From NCBI GenBank assembly GCA_946965045.2, contig OX337234.1, positions 3,100,001-3,164,000 on the forward strand: DNA of 64,000 bases, in the 5' to 3' direction. The notes under the pieces were generated by a model. The model was given only the letters and a program-made list of their open reading frames with translations. It did not search any database and was not told the origin of the DNA. Numbering within the stretch: the stretch's first letter is position 1; each line of letters starts with the position of its first letter. The stretch comes from Epithemia pelagica. Taxonomy: Eukaryota > Protista > Bacillariophyta. This document shows positions 34,249-46,630 of this stretch, in pieces. The position numbers were made by a program, and so were the translations under genes.

Positions 34249-34886
34249 CGGAATTGACATCATGATGCTTCGGTGCAAATGAGAACCTACACGAAAACGA
34301 TGGCTGAACGAAGCAGAGCAAGTGGATACTTCGTCTTGGACGTGTGGTGATGATTCGAGCTTAGATGAAATATGAAGGAATGAAGCAAGAATCCTTATGA
34401 AATCTGAATCACCATTGCTGAATAGTGAGTAATGCATATTCTATAATCAAAGTAGTTCTGTTGGAAAAGGCCATTTACTCCCATTCTATAGACGGGTTTC
34501 GGGTGTTCAGTTCTTATTCTGTGACGATAGATGTATGCGACTGATTCGCAAATTGCTAGCTAGAGACAGATGCAGTCTTTTCCAGGGTATCTTCATTCGC
34601 ACAGAAATCTACTTGTCACCGGCAATGTCCACAACTTCATTGATAGCCATTGCAGTCGAGCACCACTTTTCTCCTGGACCCGGAAAGCTAATGACATCGT
34701 TCCCATTGACAACGGGATCATTTTCACTCCGATGTGGGAGGACAAAGAAGTTGTAGGCTTTTTCGTAGGTGGACTGTCATTTTATCAAGCAATGTTAGAA
34801 ACAACATTGGAGGGAAAGTCACAAGCGAGAATGCAAAAAAGACTGTACGAATGTGACAGCCTGAAGTGATAAAAAATGTGCGCAAT

Positions 34887-36377
34887 CTATCGGCTTGCAG
34901 AAACAATGATCTGATTTCCAAGATAGACGGCTCTGGTCTGCATGACAAATGTAAACACACGCTGGAGGTAGGTGTTTTCCATGTCTTGGCGCATCTGGGC
35001 AGTCATTGTAAAGTCTTTATCGTCCAAGTACTGAAGAGGAATGGGTAGTTGGCCTTGTTCCTGATAAATGAGGATTGCGAAGTCCTTGTTTCCAAAGTCG
35101 TAGTGTGGGTTTGCACCAAGGAACCGGCGAATGTGCCTCTCAATATCCAACACCGTAGATGTGTTGTTTGTGGATGCAAGTACACATTCCACAAATACAT
35201 TCACAGCGGAGTTGAGAAACATGTCCGGTCGCCGCCCTGCAGTACCAGCGTCCACAAGCTTTGGGTTGAAAATCTTCGCAGTAAGGGTGGGTACCTTGTA
35301 GAGGGTGACTATCAACTCGTGCGTCAGGGCGTCCTCGGTTGGGCCACCGAACGCATTGTACATGGACCAGTCAAGGTGTGGCAGTGCGAAACTGAGTAAC
35401 TGTCTAACACCAGCTACGCCGGTTACTAGCTTTTCCTTGAGAGCCGCAATCGAGGCTTTCGGTGATGTCCTGGAAATAATGGCAACCAGGAGTAGATAAG
35501 ACAGAATCCTGTCATCGGCGGACAATATCCCCTTCCTCCGGAGAAGAGAAAGCGAAGTTCTGTCCTCTTGGTTATAGAACAAGCATCTGATGTCGGTTTG
35601 GTCAGTAGGCATGATTCGATCAACCATACGCTGGAAATCTCTCTCTCTCTGAAATTCTGGGGACTCCAGAAATGCACCTGCTGCGGCGGCGGTCATGGGG
35701 GCACTTCCTGCTTCTGTTTGTTGGTTGGGAATCAATTTTGGTACAACCTTCTCCGCAAGCCACATGAGGGGGTAAATATGGCCTCCGACGTAATATCGAA
35801 TATGACTGAGGAGAAGTTTGATCTGATCCTTTATTGGGTCGGCAAGATGTTCTGGAGCAAAATATCCAACAACACCTTCGTCGTCCAAATCCCCATCTGT
35901 CTTGAGAAACAAATCAGCCGTAACGTAGCGTTGGGTAAACGTATAAGATGTGGAGGGATTAGACGCGATCCCGGCTCCAATCGTCGTCACACTGTGAGTT
36001 TCCATGCTCTTGAGTAGGTCCATAAACAGGACCGCATCGTGGTTCACTTGAGTCTCGTCCACAAGGATGTACGCCTCTTCCTTGCTCTCGATCATTTTTT
36101 TCACCATATTCACGACGTCGTCTTTATCCAGCAGCACTGAAGTGTTAAAGAAAAGCACTTTCTTCTTCTCTTGAACGAGCCTTTGAGCAATCTCATGTAG
36201 CATGATGGTTTTTCCGGCTCCGCGGCATCCGCTGATGTGCACCGAACATTCCGGCGATGCCTCGGCGATGATTTCGTTCACTAGTTCTCTTCTTCGGACG
36301 GTGAAAGGACCGTACCCATGAGGTTTGAACGTTCCATGGCGTGTACGTGGTGCTTCGTAGGCGTACGGATAGCTCAT
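34887..36377 (-). CDS. Crinkler-like P-loop NTPase with a C-terminal PD-(D/E)xK-like nuclease domain
   Basis: ATG at 36377 (MSYPY). Walker A ISGCRGAGKT, Walker B YILVDE, and C-terminal GRRPDMFLN...VFVEC. The ORF is intact. Confidence 0.72.
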   Translation of the reverse strand: MSYPYAYEAPRTRHGTFKPHGYGPFTVRRRELVNEIIAEASPECSVHISGCRGAGKTIMLHEIAQRLVQEKKKVLFFNTSVLLDKDDVVNMVKKMIESKEEAYILVDETQVNHDAVLFMDLLKSMETHSVTTIGAGIASNPSTSYTFTQRYVTADLFLKTDGDLDDEGVVGYFAPEHLADPIKDQIKLLLSHIRYYVGGHIYPLMWLAEKVVPKLIPNQQTEAGSAPMTAAAAGAFLESPEFQRERDFQRMVDRIMPTDQTDIRCLFYNQEDRTSLSLLRRKGILSADDRILSYLLLVAIISRTSPKASIAALKEKLVTGVAGVRQLLSFALPHLDWSMYNAFGGPTEDALTHELIVTLYKVPTLTAKIFNPKLVDAGTAGRRPDMFLNSAVNVFVECVLASTNNTSTVLDIERHIRRFLGANPHYDFGNKDFAILIYQEQGQLPIPLQYLDDKDFTMTAQMRQDMENTYLQRVFTFVMQTRAVYLGNQIIVSASR

Positions 36378-36599
36378 GGCTAATGGTGGAGCGCTACAGA
36401 TACAAAATACTCCTATGAGATTCTCCTCCGGTGCCGTCGATCGTCGATCATCAAATCTGGGCAACAGAGACACTTGGGGCTGCACCCAAAAGAGGGAGTA
36501 CCCCAAAGTAAAAGGGGTTGGAGGCCTATCCCTGCTACCTTCTGATTTCTCGCCATTCCTCAACCTCTAGCTAGCTAGTCCTTCGTAGACGAACGAATA

Positions 36600-37987
36600 C
36601 TCTACTACAATACCATAATCACTTCTGGGACAATGAGACTGGAGGAGGAGAGCAATCCAACACTCTTGTACCGTCATGATTCTGAACACGTGATAGGAAA
36701 AACGCGTACTTTCTGGCTCACTTTCCTGTACTTGTATGAGCGTATTGCTAGAACTGAAGCGATCACGAAGGCAGGTCATTCTTTGTGTTTTGAAACTCCG
36801 AATTTCCCACCATGGTATCCAGCGTTTGGTTGATTTCGAACCAGACCATACTGTTTCCTGAGGAATCAATGAGCTTCCAGTTTCGACTGGCCCTGTAGAG
36901 AGACAAATTCGTAATCGTCTTGTTGGGCGGCTATCAATTCAAATCAGGTGATAGTTTTACCAACACAACTTTGCTGACTCTTGACGCTATTGGCGTGACT
37001 ATACTACATCAGAATCCCAGAATAGTACTACCACAATCGCAATGAGATGAGAGAATGAATAGTCATGGATTGATATCATTATAGGAGTACAAAGAGTAAA
37101 GAAACATAGATTAACAGTGCCTCAAAATATCACTCGACCAAAACCACACATTCGTCCGACTGAACACACAACAGAATATACAAGGCTCAGTACGAATAAT
37201 GAGCAACGGAGAAGAAAGCGCTTCCTTCGACGCTCCTTCTCATAGCTATACTCTCCAGTCCAAACAGGCCACGCCCGTTAGGTACCACCAGGGGCCCCAT
37301 CGAGACTCCTTCAGCCTCAATGATTTGATAGGGGCATTCCTCCATGCACAAAGCATAAAAAATTATGAATATCCTGCCTGTAACCTTCATCAAGATATGC
37401 GCCTCAAACCTTTGCCTCTCTTGGTTCACTTGCAACTGCCGTTCATGTTATAGGTAGTTGTATATTACCGTTTTGGTGGCAGATGTTGAAATAGTAAAAA
37501 CTCGAGTACCGCTTCCTCCCCACGCCTCATCTGTTATTTCGTGGGTTGTCAAAGTGTACGGATCTGTGTTTGATTCCTCATTTGTATTAAATCGGAATAC
37601 GGTTTGCCACGATCCCGTGGATTCGACCTGAGTCCACGTCGTAGGGGCATCGGACAAAGAGTCGTCTTGTAGGGATGGCAAATGTGGTGATGATGAAGGG
37701 TGAGTGTATGTTTGAATGGATGGTACCAACAGCGAGGGTGGAACATCCGAAACCAGTGATGGGAACAATACTGGCTTCTTGTTGAGAGTGGCAGTCGTGG
37801 ATGTTTCGTCAGCAGGGGCAGACGGAGTGAAGGGCACTTTCGTAGGAAGGGCTATGTGAGAGGATCTTCGCATGGCTTTTTCGGTTGCCACTTCGGATGT
37901 TTCCTCACTATTCCAAGCACCGATTGCGGACATGATGTAAAAGCATCCCATCATCAGAAAAACCGTGACGGTTGATGTACGGCTCAT
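36600..37987 (-). pseudogene. Probable decayed secreted-protein gene (signal peptide plus P/S/T-rich stalk)
   Basis: ORF 37448-37987 begins with a hydrophobic signal peptide and a P/S/T-rich stalk. Downstream minus-strand frames show protein-like text broken by TGA/TAG stops (e.g. DSSGNSMVWFEINQTLDT...LPS*SLQF*). Confidence 0.4.
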
Positions 37988-39664
37988 CGTGATTCAAGTA
38001 GTGGTGATGTATTTCCTTATTGCGCAGCTTGATGCGCTACCGATATCTTCTGCAACAGACTGGTGGTTGATAGTTGGCGATGCGCCGCTAGAAGAGGAGA
38101 AATCGTTGCTGTCGTTGCTTTCGGCGTTGCTCTTCGTGTGCTCGATGTGTGCGTTTTCGTCCACCACACTGCCGCTGTTGTTGTTGTGTGCAGCTCCGTG
38201 CTCGGGTTCAACAACAACAGAGCGAAACGACGGAGTGGCGCTCGACGATCTCGCTCTTTCTGCAGCTTGCGCCGTACACAGAAAAGCTCAACGCACGGTC
38301 ACTTGGGACCAAAACTTCGCAAATACTTATGAGATGCTATGTGCCGAGCGCGCTCTTTGCTCTTGCGAATCGACAAAAAATGCGATGGTGTTGGAAAGGC
38401 CGGCGATCCAACTAGGACAACGAAACCGATGAAACGGTCCGTTTGGTCGTGTCGTGATTCACGGCTGCACGGCAGTACAATAGAATTATTCCCGCGTTCC
38501 TTCCAACGCCGGCCCCACCACCGGTCCGCAACCTCATACTCTTGTACACGTACGCACGACGGCAAAAAACAAGAGCGCTCCCGTTCGTGAATGGATTATT
38601 CTAATGAACTGTCCTGACTCCTGAATCTCGACGGAACACAAGCACTACTGACCGCCATTGTAAAGACGGACTGCATGGCCATGGGAATTAGCAACAACAA
38701 TGTAACCTGACTAAACTTTGGTGCCGATCGCGACAGAGCCGAAACCAGAGTAGTTGTATTTGGCATGATCAACGAGACAACTAACCATCAAAGAAGGCGA
38801 CTGGGTGACAACTGAGATTGCTTCTCACTCCAGAAAACTGAATGTCTAGGTAATCATAGATAGATGCCGTGCGGGTACTCTGCTATGAAAACCCGAAGAA
38901 CAACTTTGTTGACAATGATAAACTGATACGTGGACGAGTAATCTCTGTGCAATCACGAAGAATATTTTGCGGTATCGGCCTGGGAACGAAGGTGCGCCGA
39001 GAAAAGCAGCGGAACTCATTGGATTCAGTGTGGTTTCTGATCCGTACAATCAACCGGAGATTCTGAGCGATGACTGATAGAGGTCGAGCAATCTCAAATC
39101 TCAAGGTCGACAATTGCTCGATGGGATGGGAGTCCCAAAAGTGTGGCTGCGTTGATCTCGGCCGGCTCGGAATCTTTCTTCAACGGATAGAACAGTTGCG
39201 TGTTTCAACTCCAACGTCCAACGCACATCCATGGGCAAAAGAACTTTCTTTCTCGTCAACGGATATGGATGGTGAGCTTCTACAATAAATCCCATACACG
39301 TACATTCTGCATTATAATGTCCAATTCGCATTCTGTTTTGTTTCCGTCCGAGTTGGACCTTGACGGAAAACAAGAACGGAGACGAACCACGACTGAAGAT
39401 CCGTTGGGTGCGCCGTCTCCCATTAAACGCCAAGCGATCTATAAGAAACCATGACCTCTGCGACTTTTTCATCTTACGCGCAAGCCGGGGCAACTGCATC
39501 CGGAGCAATCGGTACTTTCTCGTCCCACTTTCGGATGACCTACGACCCGAAGAACGGATTTCCCTGCTTCCGCATGCATCTGGAGACCAGAAAGAGGGAA
39601 GTACTCTTCCCATAGCTGAAAATAGAGGATTCCGATCATCTTCGGTCCGTATTGACCGAGAACC

Positions 39665-41474
39665 ATGAGACTGATGCGACAACGAAGCCGCGGAAGCACA
39701 GGGGGAGGCAATGTCGATGATGCATCCTCTCCGCAGTTTCAAGAACAAGTGGAAACATTGATTCCAGCCGAAATTCGAATGATTTCTGGATGTCATTCGG
39801 AACAAACCAGTGCCGACTTGGCTAATGCAACATCCAATGCCCTGCCGAATCCAGCGGGACGGGCGGGTGGTGCCTGTACCAGTGCTCTCTTGGAGCTGCT
39901 CTACAATCATCACAAGCAAGCCGACGGCAACAACATTTTGACCTTTCAATCTCTGTTACTAAAACTTCGAAATTCCTTGAGAAACGAAAAAGGATTGGAG
40001 CAGATTCCACAATTATCATCCTCTCGGCCTCTGGAATTGCAACAAACACCCTTCTCCTTGACCGATGGACCAGGACAGAGACGTGCCCTCTTGGTGGGCA
40101 TCAACTATCGAGGTGCGTGTACCGCTTCTTTTGCACATGTGCAGAAGCTTTTTATGTTACAAGAAGAATTACGTAATGGATGCAAATGACCATTTTTCGA
40201 CTCAGCAAGCGAGTTCTCACTCACAGTTTATTCTGTTGTTTCTGACAATTTGTTGCTCTCTCGACAGGTCAAAGCGGGGAGTTGTCTGGCTGTCATAATG
40301 ATGTGATTAATGTCAAGAATTACCTCATGCGCCATCACCGATACAGTGAAGATCAGATTCTGATCCTCATGGACAATGGCAATCCTCAACGCAATATTTA
40401 TCCGACACGACAAAAAATTATTTTGGGTTTGCAACAAATGGTGGCCCACAGTCAACCCGGTGACAATGTAAGTGTCACAGTTAGACGCATCGTTGTATGA
40501 AACCATGCTTTCGCTTTTGCTGAAACACTAATTATGATTCTCTTATCTTATCCCTACGAAAGGTGTATTTCCACTATTCCGGACATGGTGGACTGCTCTC
40601 TCCTATGGACGATGGTATGGGAGGCTTTTTCAATGCGTTCAAAATGGGACGAAACCGTGGCAATGGTGAACATGGTCCGTTTGGCGGTACCAAAACCTAC
40701 GACGAAACCTTGTATCCCGTCGATCATGAACGGGCCGGTCAGATTCGTGACTTTTCCTTGTTTCATCATTTTGTCCGTCCCTTGAAACAGGGGGTCACTG
40801 CAACCTGCGTCCTCGATTGTTGTCATTCCGGAACCGTCTTGGATTTGCCGTACCAGTACCAACCCACGGATGCGAATACCATTCGAACGGCTAGGTCCAT
40901 GGATTCCCTGGGCAATTTGGCCTTTTTGTATTTGCTGGCTGGTAATCCAATGGCAGGCCTGGGTGATGGTTTTGCACCCGTCTGGAACCATGTTGATCAG
41001 TCCTTACCCGAAGGTACAACCGTTGATGAATACCAAGGAACGGGAATGGAGGAGTTAATAGAGGTGGATCAAATGGACGATACAGCCTTTGTGTCTTCCC
41101 CAGATCTCCAGGACTACTTCAATGCCGAGGATGTGGGGCTCGAGGACGACCACACGGACGATGCTGTTCGTGGATTCGATGACCCATCAGCAGCTGTGGA
41201 TGCCAATAATGCCGTCTTTGTTGGTCCAGACGGGGAAGATCCCGTCATGGTTGTTCAGGGACATGCCGTCGAGTTTGATCCCGCCAATGAGGATTACTTG
41301 CAGCCGCCCTTGGTGGACGATACCGCACGAGGCTTTATGGACAATCCGTACGACACCCAATTTGCAACAGGAGATGGTGACGACGACAATAATGAAGGGT
41401 TGGATTGTTGTCCAGATGATGCGGGATGTGGCGATATGTTGGGGGCACTCATGGATGCCGCGACAGACGACTAA
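39665..41474 (+). CDS. Type III metacaspase (p10 domain N-terminal to p20); join(39665..40112, 40268..40467, 40563..41474)
   Basis: p10 motifs come first ([34 protein letters not shown]), then p20 ([17 protein letters not shown], catalytic FHYSGHGG and LDCCHSG). Two in-frame GT-AG introns. Acidic C-terminal tail. Confidence 0.9.
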
Positions 41475-42901
41475 TTGTCAAATCTAGTAGATATATATGT
41501 TGAGTGTCTATGGAATCCTTCTGCCTTTCTTGAATGATCTTGTCGGTATTCAGGAACATGGCATATGGCTCCTTGGTCCTTCGACAGGAGCAAAAGGAAA
41601 ACGAGGAGACAAAGTCTATCATGGAGGAGCAAGAGCACATGGTTTTGGATGATTGATTGCGAGACTGACACTGGTTAGAGGGCAAGAATATTGTTCGATC
41701 CCACCATGCAGTCGCATTACTACGTTTACGTTATATTATCTAAGCACAAACTGACTTAGTTGATGTGATACCATTTTATAGGGACAACGGCACTTGCTCT
41801 ATTCCTACGCAAAGAGCAATCCGATTGCACAGAGGATTGTACTCAAACGACGTGAGATGTAGGTAATGAGTCAAGGAAGTGCGAAACTGTTTCCAAAGAA
41901 ATAGTGAATGACGCACCGAGAAAGCGGGACTCTGAGATTTCAGATGGTTGTTGGGTGTTCCTGTGAGTCCAGATCGTCCAATCAAGACCACGATTGCTCA
42001 CGGAGGACCGCCGCTGCTACAACGTGTGAGATTTTGTCCGGTCAAAGTCGTTTAAAATACCATGGGTGGGACTGTACTACCTAGCAGCTCCCACAACGAG
42101 AAGGAATTTGGCGCGAGATCACAAATGCGTCGTACGCATCTTCATTCATTCATTCATTTCCTTTCAAGCACATACATGTAGCACACAGAGAGAAGCCACT
42201 CGATCTTACGTAACAAAATGTTCCTGATGCATGATCGATGCATGAAATGCATAAAACTACATGACTCCGATGCTCAGCAATCGTTTACACTGTTTGCAGT
42301 TTGCACGACGGAAGAACCAATCAAGATTGATCTGCCAATGGAAAAAGACTATCACGAACGAATGAGCTGCAACTAGATTCATGTGCATACGTGAAGTGGC
42401 ATGCAAGGACCACACAAGAACAGAAAATTCCCTATTGGCAAATAAAGTTTGTGAGGATAGTTTTGGTCAAACCACGAATGAATCTTGGTCATACTCCGCG
42501 TAATACGCGTGTCCACCGTCATGGGGGCGTTGTAGATAGGTTTCGAATACGAGCCGTTGAGGTCCGCCGTCCTTCCGTTGCGCTTCAGAAGGATGGTAGT
42601 AGAGCTGTTTCACCAAAAATAGTTAGGAGTGTCACCGGCAGACTTGTCGGCCAAATGACGCAGGTTCGCCTACCCTCATCTTTTGTTGTTGGAGTTCCGG
42701 ACCGGCGTTGCGCATTTTTGCAGCGTTTGTTGTGGTGTGGTTGTGCCGGAAGACGAATGAGGGAGCAAAGGAAGATATTTTGGAATGACCCCAAAAACGC
42801 CAGATTGATTGGTTGATCTCGTATCCTCTCTCTTGTTCCTATATTTGGTCTTTGAGAAGCCCTGAAACACTCAATCCACGAGAAAAAGACAAAAAGTGAA
42901 A

Positions 42902-44830
42902 ATGGCTCATCCTTTGCGACGTAACAAGGGAGGATCTTCCTCCATAACAATTTTATTGTTCACACTGTGCGCCATGGTGCCGATAATAGGAGCACAAGAG
43001 CCGACACCCATTCCCTCGGAATCTCCCTCCGCAATACCAAGTGCAATTCCCTCCGTCTCTCCTTCTAAGGTGACCGCAGAGCCATCAACTGTTCCTTCAT
43101 TGCTTCCATCCAATCATCCATCCAAATCCAATCTCCCCTCATGGATTCCATCCAATCAGCCATCGGATATTCCCTCAACAGAACCCCCTGATCAGCCATC
43201 AAATTCACCTTCTACGGTATCAACTGACTCGAGCGTTCCTTCCTTCATCCCGTCCGAAGTTCCTTCACAGGTACCATCTCAATCCTCAGCGCCTTCAGGG
43301 CAACCTAGCACGAGCACTGTTCCATCCACTACTCCCTCGCAATCATCGCAACCCACGGTTTCATCCATGCCTTCGGCATTGCCCTCAGGTCAGCCATCCG
43401 GAAGGCCTAGCAGGCAACAGGCTCAACAGACAGATGCGACTGACAGTACCACTGGATCTCCTCCGTCTCAACCACTAGAACCCACTGGAATGCCGTCTCT
43501 AGTACCTTCCGAGGAGCCGTCTAGTTCCTCTGAACCCTCAATCGAACCATCCAATCTACCCTCTCAAGTCCCTTCTCAAGAACCGTCGCTATCGTTACGG
43601 CCATCTCAAGAACCATCACTATCGTTACGGCCATCGACAACCCCTTCGCAGGAACCATCGTCTTCCTCGGAGCCTTCCATGTTACCTTCTGCTGTTGCAT
43701 CGGAAATACCCTCGCAAGAGCCATCTTCGTCCTCTCTTCCTTCGGGATTACCATCGGAACCACCATCTCAGGAACCCTCCAATTCTTTCAAGCCTTCACT
43801 GCGTCCTTCGCAGTTCCCATCAAGGATCCCTTCGCAAGAACCATCGACGTTGAAACCATCAGAACGTCCCTCGTCCACACCCTCTACATCGGCTGCTCCT
43901 TCCTCTCAACCCTCCATATCCTCCCCACCTTCGCCTCTCCCATCCAAGACTCCCTCGACACAGCCGTCGACATCTTCGGTGCCATCCTCCTTACCCTCGT
44001 CGGACCCATCGAATGTTCCCTCTCAGCTTCCATCCGATATTCCATCGCAAGAGCCAACTGTGTCCTCCCCACCTTCGTCTCTCCCATCCAAGACTCCCTC
44101 GTCACAACCGTCGACATCGTCGGTTCCGTCGTCCTTGCCATCAACGTACCCATCGGACCTTCCTTCTCAAGAACCATCCGTGTCGTCAGCCCCCTCGAAA
44201 CTCCCATCCGGACAACCGTCCTCCTCGGCCGCCCCTTCCTCTCAGCCTTCCAACGTGCCCTCACGGGAACCCTCGCCAGCACCATCCGTGTCGGCCCTAC
44301 CTTCCCTCGCACCGTCCCCAGAACCCTCCGAGAAACCATCCAAAATGCCCTCACAGGAACCCTCACCGGTACCATCACAACTACCTTCCGAACAGCCCTC
44401 ACCTGCCCCGTCACTAGAACCCTCCGAAAAACCTTCTCCCGCGCCCTCCTTAAGACCGACCACGGCTTCTCCGACCGCCTTGTGTCCAGGAAGCGCTTCG
44501 TTGTGTGGGAATTGCAATGTGGCACGCAACGAACGAGGTTGCAATTGCCCCGCCTGTCAAGCCCTTGTGTGTAAAGTGGAAACAGCATGTTGTATTGCGA
44601 CGTGGGATTTAAAGTGTGCTGGCTATGCCAATGAGGTGTGTGGGTGCACCGCACCCGATGCCTGTGATGGAACATGTGGCGATTGCTTGCAAGGTCGAGG
44701 AGTCCCAAACACTGGATGCAGTTGTAAGCCATGCCAAGACATTGTGGGCTCTTTTGACGACGTTTGTTTGATTGTTGCTTGGGATGACATTTGCGTTGGC
44801 TTTGCGCGACAGTATTGTGCATGCGATTAA
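42902..44830 (+). CDS. Secreted mucin-like protein: signal peptide, ~480-aa PSxxPS stalk, two C-terminal Cys-rich repeats
   Basis: Hydrophobic ITILLFTLCAMVPIIGA, dense PS(Q/E/S)xPS repeats, and C-terminal C.C..CQ..VC....CC...WD..C...A...C.C twice. Confidence 0.85.
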   Translation: MAHPLRRNKGGSSSITILLFTLCAMVPIIGAQEPTPIPSESPSAIPSAIPSVSPSKVTAEPSTVPSLLPSNHPSKSNLPSWIPSNQPSDIPSTEPPDQPSNSPSTVSTDSSVPSFIPSEVPSQVPSQSSAPSGQPSTSTVPSTTPSQSSQPTVSSMPSALPSGQPSGRPSRQQAQQTDATDSTTGSPPSQPLEPTGMPSLVPSEEPSSSSEPSIEPSNLPSQVPSQEPSLSLRPSQEPSLSLRPSTTPSQEPSSSSEPSMLPSAVASEIPSQEPSSSSLPSGLPSEPPSQEPSNSFKPSLRPSQFPSRIPSQEPSTLKPSERPSSTPSTSAAPSSQPSISSPPSPLPSKTPSTQPSTSSVPSSLPSSDPSNVPSQLPSDIPSQEPTVSSPPSSLPSKTPSSQPSTSSVPSSLPSTYPSDLPSQEPSVSSAPSKLPSGQPSSSAAPSSQPSNVPSREPSPAPSVSALPSLAPSPEPSEKPSKMPSQEPSPVPSQLPSEQPSPAPSLEPSEKPSPAPSLRPTTASPTALCPGSASLCGNCNVARNERGCNCPACQALVCKVETACCIATWDLKCAGYANEVCGCTAPDACDGTCGDCLQGRGVPNTGCSCKPCQDIVGSFDDVCLIVAWDDICVGFARQYCACD

Positions 44831-45389
44831 AGGACCACGACAGTGCAGGGTTCCTTCTGGGCCTTACTATTGTCATGGAGGAAAGCACACCAGTGATTCT
44901 CAGTTTATTTTTGAAAGAGGCTTTACATGTCCCCAGTTCCTTGGCGACGTGTTCGGAAGGGTGGATAACGACAGGAACACGGGAACACGACAAATTTTTG
45001 CGGTCCGATGTGGATTTGGTTGGTCTCTGTTGATGTATAACACAATCTCTGTATGATACTCTTATTTCATATCCCATGAAAAGACACAAAAGCCTATAGC
45101 AACAACACTTATTGCAAATCTCGTGTTTCGTGAAGTTATGTTGATCTATGGTGCTCACCTTGGTGAAAGAAATTCCATCCAATCAGTGAGGTACTCCTAC
45201 TACGGAATAGTTGCCTTAACTAGATACGAGATGCGTCAATGTAGGATAGACATATGACATCTATCATTAGAGCCTCTGTCTTTCTAAACCTTAACCTTAA
45301 AAAGATACCAGTTCGGAGTATCTTATTTGGTGTTGCGGTTTCTCTTCCAACTAAAATTTTACAGCTCTATTGCAGCAACAAAACAAATA

Positions 45390-45848
45390 ATGGAAACAAC
45401 AACATCGGATCTCTACGACTTTAGTGCCATTGGGTTTTTGGTCTATGACACACTGTGCCGACCCGCTGACAAAATGCCTCCTCCAGGTAAGCATGCATCC
45501 ACATGGAAGGCCAACAAAGCAAGGACATGCATACAACGTTCTCTGACACTCTGGGGATCTCGGTTCATTTAGGTGGTGCAACCATTGTACAAGAGCTACG
45601 AATGACACCCGCCGGAACGGCAGGAGGTACGGCCATGGTGTGTGGCATATTGGGTCTCAAGGGCCAGATTGTCTCGCAAGTAGGACAAGACGATGCTGGT
45701 GACTTTTTGGTCAACAAATTGCGCGACGACTATGGGGTTTCCACCTCTCTGGTATCTCGCAACCAAGACGGTGTCCAAACTCCGTGTAGCATGTTGCCCA
45801 TTCATTCGTCGGGAGACCGAACCGGTTTTTTTTGTCCTGGAACGACAG
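45390..45848 (+). pseudogene. PfkB-family carbohydrate kinase, 5' part (exons 45390-45486 and 45573-45848), interrupted by the retrotransposon
   Basis: ATG at 45390 and intron 45487-45572 (gtaagc..ttag). Motifs AGTAGGTA...LG and VGQDDAGDFL. The frame is restored across the insertion (CPGT-TATFTIP). Confidence 0.85.
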
Positions 45849-46617
45849 AGTTAAAGTACGGCTAGCTATAGACCTAGAACTACCTTTCGAAGAACAACAC
45901 CTAGACTCTATGAGAGTACACGTCTACCATGACATAGCTGTGCCATCTGTCCTGCAAGCTTGTGCGAACACGTGCGTGGACGGCTGACGAAGCTGTGCCC
46001 ATGTATGTGACATGTCCGAGCCTGCGGCACAATGTTCCCTCTCTGAATAACCCTGGTGTTTTGTGATACACATTTACATATGCCCACTACTATCTACGAC
46101 AGGCAAAAGCCGGACGAGCTCCACTCGGAAGCAAAGTCCAGGCTATGTCTCACCTAAAACATACACGTCTCCAACTTACAACAAGATTCACCAAAGGATC
46201 ATGGATACTTGGTTCAAGCCAATAGTTCCGCCTCTATCCCTCACAGTTTGAGTATATGGAACAGGTTCTATGCACTAAGAGAACAAGTTCCATTAGTCCC
46301 TAAACGTAGAGCGTCTGTAGCGCCTTACCTAGAAGTCAAAGATGTTTCTTCACCGGGCCCAACGATTCGGGAAAAGTAAACTCTTTATGACTGAAAGGAA
46401 GTAATGAAAGAGCAATCATGAGAAACAAACACTTTCGATAGAATAAGCTCACTTCTTATAAAAACCTGAAAGTTGTAAGCAACCTTTAGGAAGGAGTCAA
46501 CCATACTAACCTAGTACAAGGTGAGGGCCCCATCGTGTACCGAGTGAACTGGTTGACTACAGAAGTTCAGAGCACTAACCATCACGTCTTACGTTAGTTT
46601 TTCTACATACATTAAGT
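45849..46617 (+). repeat. 5' LTR (769 bp)
   Basis: Direct repeat of 55573-56341; begins AGTTAAAG and ends CATTAAGT. Confidence 0.95.
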
Positions 46618-46630
46618 GGTTATTGAGCCC
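46618..46630 (+). promoter_or_regulatory. Primer-binding site, half-tRNA(iMet) type
   Basis: GGTTATTGAGCCC immediately follows the 5' LTR. It is complementary, with one extra T, to the initiator-tRNA anticodon-arm sequence GGGCUCAUAACC and resembles the Drosophila copia PBS. Confidence 0.7.

Noticed and set aside
44480-44830. Frustulin assignment for the Cys-rich domains
   Set aside because: Lacks the frustulin ACR consensus C(E/Q)GDCD.
43884-45182. 432-aa minus-strand ORF
   Set aside because: Antisense shadow of the Pro/Ser repeat gene; stop-poor because of the repeat's codon bias, with no domain.
46063-46251. Identical 62-aa ORF in both LTRs (also 55787-55975)
   Set aside because: Short, non-ATG start and no domain; duplicated only because it lies in the LTR.
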